From Gammaproteobacteria bacterium (lineage in GTDB: Bacteria > Pseudomonadota > Gammaproteobacteria > Steroidobacterales > UBA11654), in NCBI GenBank assembly GCA_002691465.1, contig NZHP01000036.1, positions 20,116 to 84,115 on the forward strand: a DNA stretch of 64,000 bases, in the 5' to 3' direction. The notes below the pieces were generated by a model. That model did no database searches, was not told where the DNA came from, and saw nothing but the letters and a program-made list of their open reading frames with translations. The position numbers and the translations under genes were made by a program. Numbering within the stretch: position 1 is the stretch's first letter; each line of letters starts with the position of its first letter. Positions 50,719 through 58,877 of the stretch are shown one piece after another.

Positions 50719-52506
50719 ATGAAAACGGGCTCAGAAATAATTGTAGATGTTCTCGCAGAAGAAGGCGTTGAAACCATTTTTGGTTACAGCGGGGGAGCTA
50801 TTTTACCTACGTATGATGAGGTCTTTAAATACAACGCGGCTAATCCTGAAAACCCAATGCCATTAATTGTGCCTTCAAATGAACAAGGCGCCGGTTTCAT
50901 GGCTTCAGGATATGCCAGATCAACTGGAAAACCAGGAGTGGTTATGGTCACTTCGGGTCCAGGTGCAACCAATACTGTTACACCAGTAAGAGACGCCATG
51001 GCAGATTCAATTCCTATGGTTATTATATGTGGGCAAGTCAGCAGAAAAGCCATTGGAAGTGATGCTTTTCAAGAGGCGCCAGTAACGAGCGTTATGGGAT
51101 CTGTTGCAAAGCATGTTTTTTTAATTACAAATGAAAATAAGCTGGCAAAAACTTTAAAAGCGGCATTTGAGGTTGCCACATCAGGAAGACCGGGGCCTGT
51201 TGTTGTTGATATTCCAAAGGATGTTCAAACAGCTGAGATATCCGAAGAAGATTATGAAGACGCTAATATTGCAGCTTATTCTAATAGAATATTGGCCATT
51301 GAAAAATCACGTTTGAATGAAGAAAAATCATCTGAATTCTTTGCTCATCTTAGCAATTCAAAAAAGCCACTGATTTACTTTGGAGGCGGTGTAATCTCAG
51401 CAAGTGCATCTAAAGAACTCAGAGAATTTGTTGATTATTTTAATCTACCAGCGGTTTCAACCCTGATGGGCTTAGGTGCGGTGGATACTCAACATCGCTC
51501 ATCTCTGCACATGCTTGGTATGCATGGCACTCCTTATGCAAACTATGCCGTTCAAGAAAGTGACTTCTTGATAGCGATAGGTTCTCGCTTTGATGATCGT
51601 GTTGCGGGCGTACCTGATAAATTTGCTCCGAAAGCCAAAGTCATTGCTCACTTCGATGTTGACCCCTCCGAGATTAATAAAGTGAAGAATGCTGCTTGGT
51701 CTCATCTGGGAGTATTGTCATTGGCGCTAAAAGATCTCATAAAACATGCGAAATCAAATAATCTTGAGTTTGATTTTGGAGATTGGGTCAGTCACACAGG
51801 CGAACTAAAATCAAAATACCCTTTAAACTTTAATCGCACATCTGATTTGATTCAGCCAGAGCATGTCATTGATTGTATTAATAAAGTCACAAAGGGCGAA
51901 GCAATTGTGACAACCGGTGTAGGTCAACACCAAATGTGGGCGGCTCAATACTTTGATTTCAAAGAGCCGAGGCTTTGGCTAACATCTGGCAGTATGGGAA
52001 CAATGGGTTTTGGTATTCCTGCTGCGATCGGTGCTCAAATTGCACATCCCAATAAAATAGTCATTGATGTGGATGGCGATGGAAGCATTAGGATGAACTT
52101 GGGAGACTTAGAAACCATTACAAATTATGACTTACCGGTTAAAGTGCTTTTACTCAATAATTCTGGTGATGGAATGGTTAAACAATGGCAAAAACTTTAT
52201 TATGGTGGCCGTTTATCAGCAAGCGATAAAACACTTCATACAAAAGACTTCATTATGTCGGCAAAGTCAGACGGCTTTCAGTTTTCAGAAAGATTGACTG
52301 AACAATCAAAAGTGGAAGAAACAATCGAACGATTCATCAATTTTGAGAAAGCAGCATTTCTTGAAGTTGTCATTGATCCTGATGCGATGGTATTTCCCAT
52401 GATTGGCCCTGGAATGTCATATGATCAAATGATTACAGGCCCTTTTATGGAGGGCAAAGATCCTGATCCTGAAATCGATGGAGACGATCCTAAGTCAATG
52501 TTTTAA
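50719..52506 (+). CDS. ilvB: Acetolactate synthase catalytic subunit
   Basis: FGYSGGA, EQGAGFMA, TSGPGATN, RFDDRV, GVGQHQMW, GDGS ThDP motif, MVKQWQ. Confidence 0.95.
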   Translation: MKTGSEIIVDVLAEEGVETIFGYSGGAILPTYDEVFKYNAANPENPMPLIVPSNEQGAGFMASGYARSTGKPGVVMVTSGPGATNTVTPVRDAMADSIPMVIICGQVSRKAIGSDAFQEAPVTSVMGSVAKHVFLITNENKLAKTLKAAFEVATSGRPGPVVVDIPKDVQTAEISEEDYEDANIAAYSNRILAIEKSRLNEEKSSEFFAHLSNSKKPLIYFGGGVISASASKELREFVDYFNLPAVSTLMGLGAVDTQHRSSLHMLGMHGTPYANYAVQESDFLIAIGSRFDDRVAGVPDKFAPKAKVIAHFDVDPSEINKVKNAAWSHLGVLSLALKDLIKHAKSNNLEFDFGDWVSHTGELKSKYPLNFNRTSDLIQPEHVIDCINKVTKGEAIVTTGVGQHQMWAAQYFDFKEPRLWLTSGSMGTMGFGIPAAIGAQIAHPNKIVIDVDGDGSIRMNLGDLETITNYDLPVKVLLLNNSGDGMVKQWQKLYYGGRLSASDKTLHTKDFIMSAKSDGFQFSERLTEQSKVEETIERFINFEKAAFLEVVIDPDAMVFPMIGPGMSYDQMITGPFMEGKDPDPEIDGDDPKSMF

Positions 52507-52508
52507 GG

Positions 52509-53924
52509 CTATCTCTCACCCATTGCATTGATATCATGGGTCTCTCCGTGTTGCGCATAAAGAACTTTTTTTCTAAAAAATCTAAGCATTCCCATCTCAC
52601 CCATTCTTGATGCTCCAATCCCAGAATATTTGAACCAATTCTTCTCGCCATCAAAAACATATGTTGTTGCTCCACAATCTTGAAGTGTGATAGCGCCTGC
52701 ATCAATTTGCTTAGCAATATTTGAAGCCTCTTCATGATTGCCAGCCAAAACAGCAGCTGAAAGACCATAAACGGTATCATTTGCTAAATTAATTGCATCT
52801 TCAATTTCCTCAAATGCCATAACAGGAATAATGGGGCCAAAGGTCTCTTCTGTCATCACTTTCATTGAATGATCAACACCTTTTATCACGGTTGGTTTGA
52901 CCCACTTTCCACCACCATGATCCTCAATCTCTCCTCCAGTCAATATTGTTGCCCCTTTTTCTTTTGCATCTTCTATATGATCGGAAATGATATCTGCCTG
53001 TTTATCAAAAATCAGTGGGCCAATATGTCCTTTTCTTACGTCTGGATAATTGAGCGTCACCTTACTCGCTTGTTCGGCCAATGACTCGATCAATTGATCT
53101 GCGATTGATTGATGCACATATACTCGTTCTATTGACTGACACGCTTGCCCCGTTGCTTGAACAGATGCTCTTAGAATTATCCGTGCAGATTCTATAGGGT
53201 CTGCATTTTCAGTGACTATCACTGGATCTTTGCCTCCCAATTCAGCATAGACGGGGATAAAGTTTCTGGCACCGCTTTCGTAGACCAGTTTTCCTGTTTT
53301 AACACTACCTGTAAAACAAAGGGCATCCACATTATCAATTAAATCCTGACCTGTTTGGCCTCCGCCCTGAACAAATCGGCACACTTTATGAAGCTCGGGT
53401 ATCTTTTGAATAATGTCTTGTATTGGCTTAATAAACCTGGGTGTAATCTCGCTAGGCTTTACAATCACAGTAGATCCTGCCATGAGTGCTGGTATTAAAT
53501 CAATCAGGGTAATTAAGAATGGAAAATTCCAAGGGCCTATAATTCCCACGACCTCAAATGCCTTATATTGATGCGTATAGGTGACAGTTGGAACAGACGA
53601 CTGAAGTGGTTCTTGCTCAGAAAAAACCCTATTTCCAATTGCTCTCCAACCTGGGACCATCTTTGTCATTTGAGCAACTTCACCGGTACAAATAAAATAA
53701 CGACCTGTGTCTGCAATCAGTGCATCTAGAAGTTCACCACTTTCAGCAACCATCTTTGCCCATTGATCCAGAACATCTGCCCTCTCGTCAATACTTTTCG
53801 CAGCCCAGCTGGCTTGGTTTTGTCTTAATTCGGAGACGATGCTTGAGATTTCATCAGCCTTTGTTGCCTCGAAACTGTAATCATTTTCGCCTGTTCTTGG
53901 GTTTCTAACCTGTATTGTATTCAT
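52509..53924 (-). CDS. Aldehyde dehydrogenase family protein
   Basis: PWNFP, KPSE, FTGS, ELGGKD, GQACQS, EETFGP. Confidence 0.93.
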   Translation of the reverse strand: MNTIQVRNPRTGENDYSFEATKADEISSIVSELRQNQASWAAKSIDERADVLDQWAKMVAESGELLDALIADTGRYFICTGEVAQMTKMVPGWRAIGNRVFSEQEPLQSSVPTVTYTHQYKAFEVVGIIGPWNFPFLITLIDLIPALMAGSTVIVKPSEITPRFIKPIQDIIQKIPELHKVCRFVQGGGQTGQDLIDNVDALCFTGSVKTGKLVYESGARNFIPVYAELGGKDPVIVTENADPIESARIILRASVQATGQACQSIERVYVHQSIADQLIESLAEQASKVTLNYPDVRKGHIGPLIFDKQADIISDHIEDAKEKGATILTGGEIEDHGGGKWVKPTVIKGVDHSMKVMTEETFGPIIPVMAFEEIEDAINLANDTVYGLSAAVLAGNHEEASNIAKQIDAGAITLQDCGATTYVFDGEKNWFKYSGIGASRMGEMGMLRFFRKKVLYAQHGETHDINAMGER

Positions 53925-53995
53925 GTATCGGTCACCTTGCGACTATTGTCAAAAAACCATCATAAGATACGATTTATGAAATGATACATCAATGA

Positions 53996-54970
53996 TTAAT
54001 TAATGAGGTTCTGATGCCTTTCTTTTGAAATATTGCCTCCACTAAGGACCACAACAATGCTTTCCTCTTCTGTAACTTCTTTTCGATTAATCGCTGCTAT
54101 TGCTGATGCAAGCGAAGCCGCACCTCCCGGCTCAACGACAATTTCAAATTCATCAAATGCAAATCTCATCGATTCAATTACCTGTTGGTCAGTGACCGTA
54201 TCAATGGAGGAGACCAGCGAATGATTAATTTTAAATGTAATTTCTCCTGGTGTCTTTGCCATCAAAGAGTCACAAAGCGTATTGGGCTGAATCTCAATCG
54301 TCTCTCTTTTGCCTGAAGCCATTGATTTTTGAGTATCATTTAGCGATTCAGGCTCAACTCCAATGATCTTTGTATTTGGATTCAAAAGATTCAATGCCGA
54401 TGATGAGCCAGCAATCAATCCCCCTCCTCCGATTGGGCAATAGAAGCGGTCTATCGTTCGACCAATGTTTGCCATCTGATGAAATGACTCCAGTCCGACT
54501 GTTCCCTGGCCACATATCACATCCTTATGATCATAAGCAGGAATCAAAAATGCATCATTCTTATTTGCTAAGCTCTGCGCAATCTCCTCTCTTGATTCGG
54601 TGTAACGATCGTAAAAAATAACCTTTGCTCCTAGAGCAATTGTATTTTTAATTTTTGATTCTGGCGCATCGGTAGGCATGACAATGATTGCCTTTACATT
54701 CTGTAATTTTGCAGCAAATGCGACACCCTGAGCATGATTGCCAGAGGAAAAAGCAACAACATCCCGTTTGCCACTTCTAATAAACTCTCGATGCATAGAA
54801 TAATAAGCGCCTCTTAATTTAAAAGATCCAGTATGCTGAAGACACTCTGCTTTGAGGTACAGATTGGATCCCAACTTCTCATTTAAGCTTTTTGACCAAA
54901 GCAACGGGGTCTGCATAATGATTCCTGATAAAGCTTCTGCCGCATTAAAAAAATTTTTCTTCTGATACAT
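53996..54970 (-). CDS. PLP-dependent threonine/serine dehydratase or racemase family
   Basis: KAECLQHTGSFKLRGA, SSGNHAQG, GGGGL, EPGGA, SGGN; no regulatory ACT domain. Confidence 0.88.
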   Translation of the reverse strand: MYQKKNFFNAAEALSGIIMQTPLLWSKSLNEKLGSNLYLKAECLQHTGSFKLRGAYYSMHREFIRSGKRDVVAFSSGNHAQGVAFAAKLQNVKAIIVMPTDAPESKIKNTIALGAKVIFYDRYTESREEIAQSLANKNDAFLIPAYDHKDVICGQGTVGLESFHQMANIGRTIDRFYCPIGGGGLIAGSSSALNLLNPNTKIIGVEPESLNDTQKSMASGKRETIEIQPNTLCDSLMAKTPGEITFKINHSLVSSIDTVTDQQVIESMRFAFDEFEIVVEPGGAASLASAIAAINRKEVTEEESIVVVLSGGNISKERHQNLIN

Positions 54971-55033
54971 ACACTTGATTCATTTCTGGTTGTAAGATGT
55001 CTTAAAAGCTAAAGTAATTCAATCAGAGGATAA

Positions 55034-55396
55034 ATGAAAATGGAAACTTATATAGTCACTATTTATGCCAAAGAAGATCATGCTTCGGATGTGCAAGAAT
55101 ATTATCAGGACTTGCAAAATATATATGAAAAAGCTCCTGGTTTTATTTCAAGAAGAATTTTCAGGGCGAAAAATGGAGCAATGGCAAAAGCCGTCAGAGC
55201 CACTTACTCGGAAGAAGAGCTCGCCAATATTCCCGAGGAAGATCATGATCATGGAGAACATTTTGTCATGATTGAGGAATGGGAGAGCATTCAAGACAGA
55301 ATAAATTTTGGAAGGAGTATGAGCAAGGAACATCATATGAAGGTGATCCCTTACTTATTACCAAATCACTCTCATGAATTTTATGAAGCGCTTTAA
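55034..55396 (+). CDS. ABM (dimeric alpha/beta barrel) monooxygenase-like protein
   Basis: APGFISRRIFR...FVMIEEWES pattern; SD GAGGA. Confidence 0.55.
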   Translation: MKMETYIVTIYAKEDHASDVQEYYQDLQNIYEKAPGFISRRIFRAKNGAMAKAVRATYSEEELANIPEEDHDHGEHFVMIEEWESIQDRINFGRSMSKEHHMKVIPYLLPNHSHEFYEAL

Positions 55397-55734
55397 GCTA
55401 AGATATTGTCTATTTTCTTTGCACAAATAAAATCATTTTCAGACAATCCACCAATCGCATGGGTTGTATAGAGAACAGTACAGGATCCATACTTCACTGT
55501 AAGGTCTGGATGATGATCCTCAGACTCTGCAATCCAAGCCACAGCATTCACAAATGAAATGGTCTTGTTATAACCATCAAACTTGAATTCTTTTGAAATC
55601 GACTTGAAATCATCTGCTATTGACCATTCGGGATCAATTGCTTTTGCAATTTGCTTAGCCGCATCCTCATCAAGCGGATCAACTCCACCCTCGCAGGGTA
55701 CACAGTGTTTTTTTTCTAATTCTTCAATACTCAT
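55393..55734 (-). CDS. phhB: Pterin-4a-carbinolamine dehydratase
   Basis: CVPCEGG, EDHHPD, TTHAIGGLSENDFICA. Confidence 0.92.
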   Translation of the reverse strand: MSIEELEKKHCVPCEGGVDPLDEDAAKQIAKAIDPEWSIADDFKSISKEFKFDGYNKTISFVNAVAWIAESEDHHPDLTVKYGSCTVLYTTHAIGGLSENDFICAKKIDNILA

Positions 55735-55744
55735 TGTTCATCTC

Positions 55745-56722
55745 CTATAAAGTTGGCAAAGCTACAAATGTGCCGCCATTTTGTTCTGAAAGTGTTCGCA
55801 TCAAATGTGCAAATTTTGCGCCGTTTGATGTTCCTGTTTGAGTTGGAAAGCCAATCCCATGTATTCTTACCAATCGATTACCAAATCGATCAGCTTTGTT
55901 GATTTGAGCAATATAACGACAAACAGCCTCAACAGAACCTCGTGAAAAATCATCTCCAAAAACATATATGCTAATCTTTCGATCAGGGGTATAAAAAGTA
56001 TTGATGGCTTCAGTAATCCCCTCTACAGGGCTTGAATCACTTGGCGGATTCCAAAACCTGAGGGTCTGTGTGATGTTTCTCCTAATTTCTCTTGAATCGG
56101 GTATCCATTTGCCAGCATAAGATGAAAACATATAGTCACCTTCATCATTTAGAACCTGTATGCCTTTGATCTCAGGATATACTGCCAAAGTCTCAGAAAC
56201 TTTTTCAATAACTAAATTCCATGGTCCTTGGAACATGCTTCCGGATGTATCAATTACAAAAATAACATACTCACTGTCAACTGGGATTCCGCCCACAGCA
56301 CTATCATCAAGTGGATCGTAGTCCACCAATAACTTCTTCATTTCCTCCGTGAGTTGTTGTCTAGCCGACAATAAATTGTTGAGCATTCCATCCGACTCTT
56401 CTGCCATTGATTGACTCGCCTTGAATTCAGCCTCCAACGAAGAAATGTCTCCACTGAGCTTATTTTTTCTTTCGCTGTTTTCAGAAATCTGCTCTTCTAA
56501 ATCCAGCATCTCTGTATTCAGAACCGTTGATTCACCCCTTAGTTCATTGAGTTGCCTCTCAAGCTCGACAACAAGCTCCTCCATATTCACCTTACTTTCC
56601 TCGATACTTATAGGTTCGTATATTTTAGTAATCACTAAAAGAAGAATTACTGCGCCAAAGCCACAACAAACCACGTCTAAAAAAGACAAATTAAAGGTTT
56701 CCATGTTTCTACGCTTTCTCAT
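55745..56722 (-). CDS. Membrane-anchored coiled-coil VWA protein (ExbD-like N-terminal TM)
   Basis: RKRR..FNLSFLDVVCCGFGAVILL, coiled coil, MIDAS DTSGS; ATG 56722 overlaps the upstream TAA. Confidence 0.8.
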   Translation of the reverse strand: MRKRRNMETFNLSFLDVVCCGFGAVILLLVITKIYEPISIEESKVNMEELVVELERQLNELRGESTVLNTEMLDLEEQISENSERKNKLSGDISSLEAEFKASQSMAEESDGMLNNLLSARQQLTEEMKKLLVDYDPLDDSAVGGIPVDSEYVIFVIDTSGSMFQGPWNLVIEKVSETLAVYPEIKGIQVLNDEGDYMFSSYAGKWIPDSREIRRNITQTLRFWNPPSDSSPVEGITEAINTFYTPDRKISIYVFGDDFSRGSVEAVCRYIAQINKADRFGNRLVRIHGIGFPTQTGTSNGAKFAHLMRTLSEQNGGTFVALPTL

Positions 56723-57813
56723 TATGGCCAATCACTCGCTGGCGCCATAAAGCTTCCCCTTGATCTTATTGCGAGACGCCAATATGCCTCGGCTGCGAAA
56801 GGGTCACCGTCGATTGGAAATAAAAGAACATTCACTGGAACCGGTGGCAGTTCTCTCAAGGCTTGCTCAAAAAAACTCAATCTTTGTTCAGGTCTGATCA
56901 TCTCCCGAATTGGCTTTCTCTTTCCTTGAGTTGGAAGGCCATCAGTAATCAGGAAAATATTATCGGGCCTTGGTGATAGTTGATTGATCTGACTGAATGC
57001 ATTCACAAGGCTTGTTCCCTTATCAGGAACGACTGATTTCAAATCTTGAATAGCAGAGTCAACCTCTGTTCCATCTTTGACCTCAATCCAATCTCCGTCT
57101 GAGCCAGTAATGATGGTTTCTGCATCTTCATTGAAAGCATAAATTTGAAATTTAGTCCCGGGCTTGAGTCTTGTGGTCAACCAATCAACGCTATTCACAA
57201 CCTGTCTCCATTTGGGTGCCTTAACTTTCATTTGATCTGACATATTTCGATAACGTATGACATTGACATAAGTCCTGCCGAGCATACTAGTGGAAGAATC
57301 AATCAGAAAAAGAACGTGATCCCCTCCGAGTTTCAATTCTGTTAGGTATTGACGATCGCCATCTCCATCAAAGCTTCTCAATGCGTCTCCTGGATTGCTA
57401 CTGGCTCTTTCCATCTGAGACATCATTCGTTTATTCGCTTCCTCCAACTGTTTCACATCAGATTGAAGCTGATTGATATCGGCGACAGAGGCAACTGAAT
57501 TATTTTCTAGAAACTCTATTTCTCTTAGAAGATCCTCAATCTTCTTAGCCAAGTCATTGACACTGCCCTGTATGATTACATTCTCGGCATCCATTTGATC
57601 GATTGTATTTTTAAGGACTACAAGTTTCTTCTGTTCGTCAAAGATTCTCTCTTCTAAAAGTTGACTTTCGGCTTGAAGCTCCACATTTGCCTGCTCGCTT
57701 CTTGTCTTTGATTGAGTGTTTATGATCATAAAAAATAGTATCACCGCACCAAATCCACATGAGATCACATCTAAAAACGAGAGATTGAATACGTTGAACC
57801 GTCTTCTAGCCAT
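56722..57813 (-). CDS. Membrane-anchored coiled-coil VWA protein (ExbD-like N-terminal TM)
   Basis: RRR..FNLSFLDVISCGFGAVILF, coiled coil, MIDAS DSSTS...GT...TDG. Confidence 0.8.
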   Translation of the reverse strand: MARRRFNVFNLSFLDVISCGFGAVILFFMIINTQSKTRSEQANVELQAESQLLEERIFDEQKKLVVLKNTIDQMDAENVIIQGSVNDLAKKIEDLLREIEFLENNSVASVADINQLQSDVKQLEEANKRMMSQMERASSNPGDALRSFDGDGDRQYLTELKLGGDHVLFLIDSSTSMLGRTYVNVIRYRNMSDQMKVKAPKWRQVVNSVDWLTTRLKPGTKFQIYAFNEDAETIITGSDGDWIEVKDGTEVDSAIQDLKSVVPDKGTSLVNAFSQINQLSPRPDNIFLITDGLPTQGKRKPIREMIRPEQRLSFFEQALRELPPVPVNVLLFPIDGDPFAAEAYWRLAIRSRGSFMAPASDWP

Positions 57814-57824
57814 AAATCAGGGAA

Positions 57825-58625
57825 TCATTCACCTTTGAGATGCGTGATCAGATTTTCATCGCAGTAGGTTTCTGTTTCAAAGATTTGTCTTTCTTGAAGC
57901 AGCTGAAGTTGATGTACCATAAACATGATGACAATGCTGATCAGCAAGGCAATGAAGGTTGAATTAAAAGCAACACCCAAATTCTGTGTAACACCACTGA
58001 TGTCTCCGTCCACAGCCCTATGCGCCAATGAAAGTGCAGCTCCAATTCCTCTTACAGTGCCGATGAACCCGATTGAAGGGATTGCCCAAGCAATGTATCT
58101 GATCATTGAAAGTTCTGATTCTAATCTTTCAGCTTCAGACTCTACCATCGTGTGAGTGGTGGTCGATACATCTTGAACATTCTTAGTTGTGTTAAAGCGT
58201 TTCAGTCCATTGATCAATGTTCTGGTCAAAAATAGATCTTGCTTTGTTTCATCCAATCCTTCTAATTGACGAAGATAGTCAGTGGCAGACGTTGGGTTGA
58301 TGCTCTCTCCTACTCGTATTGGAATCAAGTCTTCTCCTAGTAAACGCCTTTCATTGATCGAGGCATTCGCTTTAATTGCCATGATTGCAAAAGCCCAAAG
58401 CATTAGAATAAAACACGCCTCCTGCTCAAAGTCTCTGACAATGACATAGAACGACCTATCTGGCACATAATTGATGTCTTGTTCGATCATCATTTGTTGC
58501 TCTGCGATGATTGCCTTTGCCTCAGGTCTTATCAAGGAAACATAGGTCGCATGAACCAATATTATGGAAACGATCAAGGCAAGTGCTTGATATAAAAATT
58601 CCTTCGATAAATTACTTCCATTCAT
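57825..58625 (-). CDS. MotA/TolQ/ExbB proton channel family protein
   Basis: AIPSIGFIGTVRGI and LGVAFNSTFIAL TM motifs plus N-terminal TMs. Confidence 0.88.
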   Translation of the reverse strand: MNGSNLSKEFLYQALALIVSIILVHATYVSLIRPEAKAIIAEQQMMIEQDINYVPDRSFYVIVRDFEQEACFILMLWAFAIMAIKANASINERRLLGEDLIPIRVGESINPTSATDYLRQLEGLDETKQDLFLTRTLINGLKRFNTTKNVQDVSTTTHTMVESEAERLESELSMIRYIAWAIPSIGFIGTVRGIGAALSLAHRAVDGDISGVTQNLGVAFNSTFIALLISIVIMFMVHQLQLLQERQIFETETYCDENLITHLKGE

Positions 58626-58634
58626 TAATTGCTC

Positions 58635-58877
58635 CTAAATATCAGATGGAAAGCTCACTGCAACATCTGCAGACAATGGCTCTGATGGTACAAATTCTTC
58701 CAATGATTCTTCTTCGTACGCCTCTTGAATCTTTGCCAATTCCTTTTCAAGCTCTCTATCAATTTCCTCTTGTGATTTTGCCTCGCTTTCTAATTCTTGT
58801 GCCCCTGATGAAGTGATACCAAATAATAGTGAGGATCCTATGATCACAAAAAGAAACGATTTAATTGTTGTTTTCAT
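58635..58877 (-). CDS. Small exported acidic protein
   Basis: ATG 58877 gives a signal peptide (MKTTIKSFLFVIIGSSLLFGITSSGA), an acidic helix and C-terminal FVPSEPLSADVAVSFPSDI; overlaps the upstream gene. Confidence 0.65.
   Translation of the reverse strand: MKTTIKSFLFVIIGSSLLFGITSSGAQELESEAKSQEEIDRELEKELAKIQEAYEEESLEEFVPSEPLSADVAVSFPSDI

Noticed and set aside
55745-58625. Zorya, flagellar stator or standard Ton/Tol assignment for the channel genes
   Set aside because: Partners carry VWA domains rather than OmpA-like PG-binding or ExbD periplasmic domains; no long ZorA tail, zorC/D/E, tonB, tolAB or flagellar genes visible
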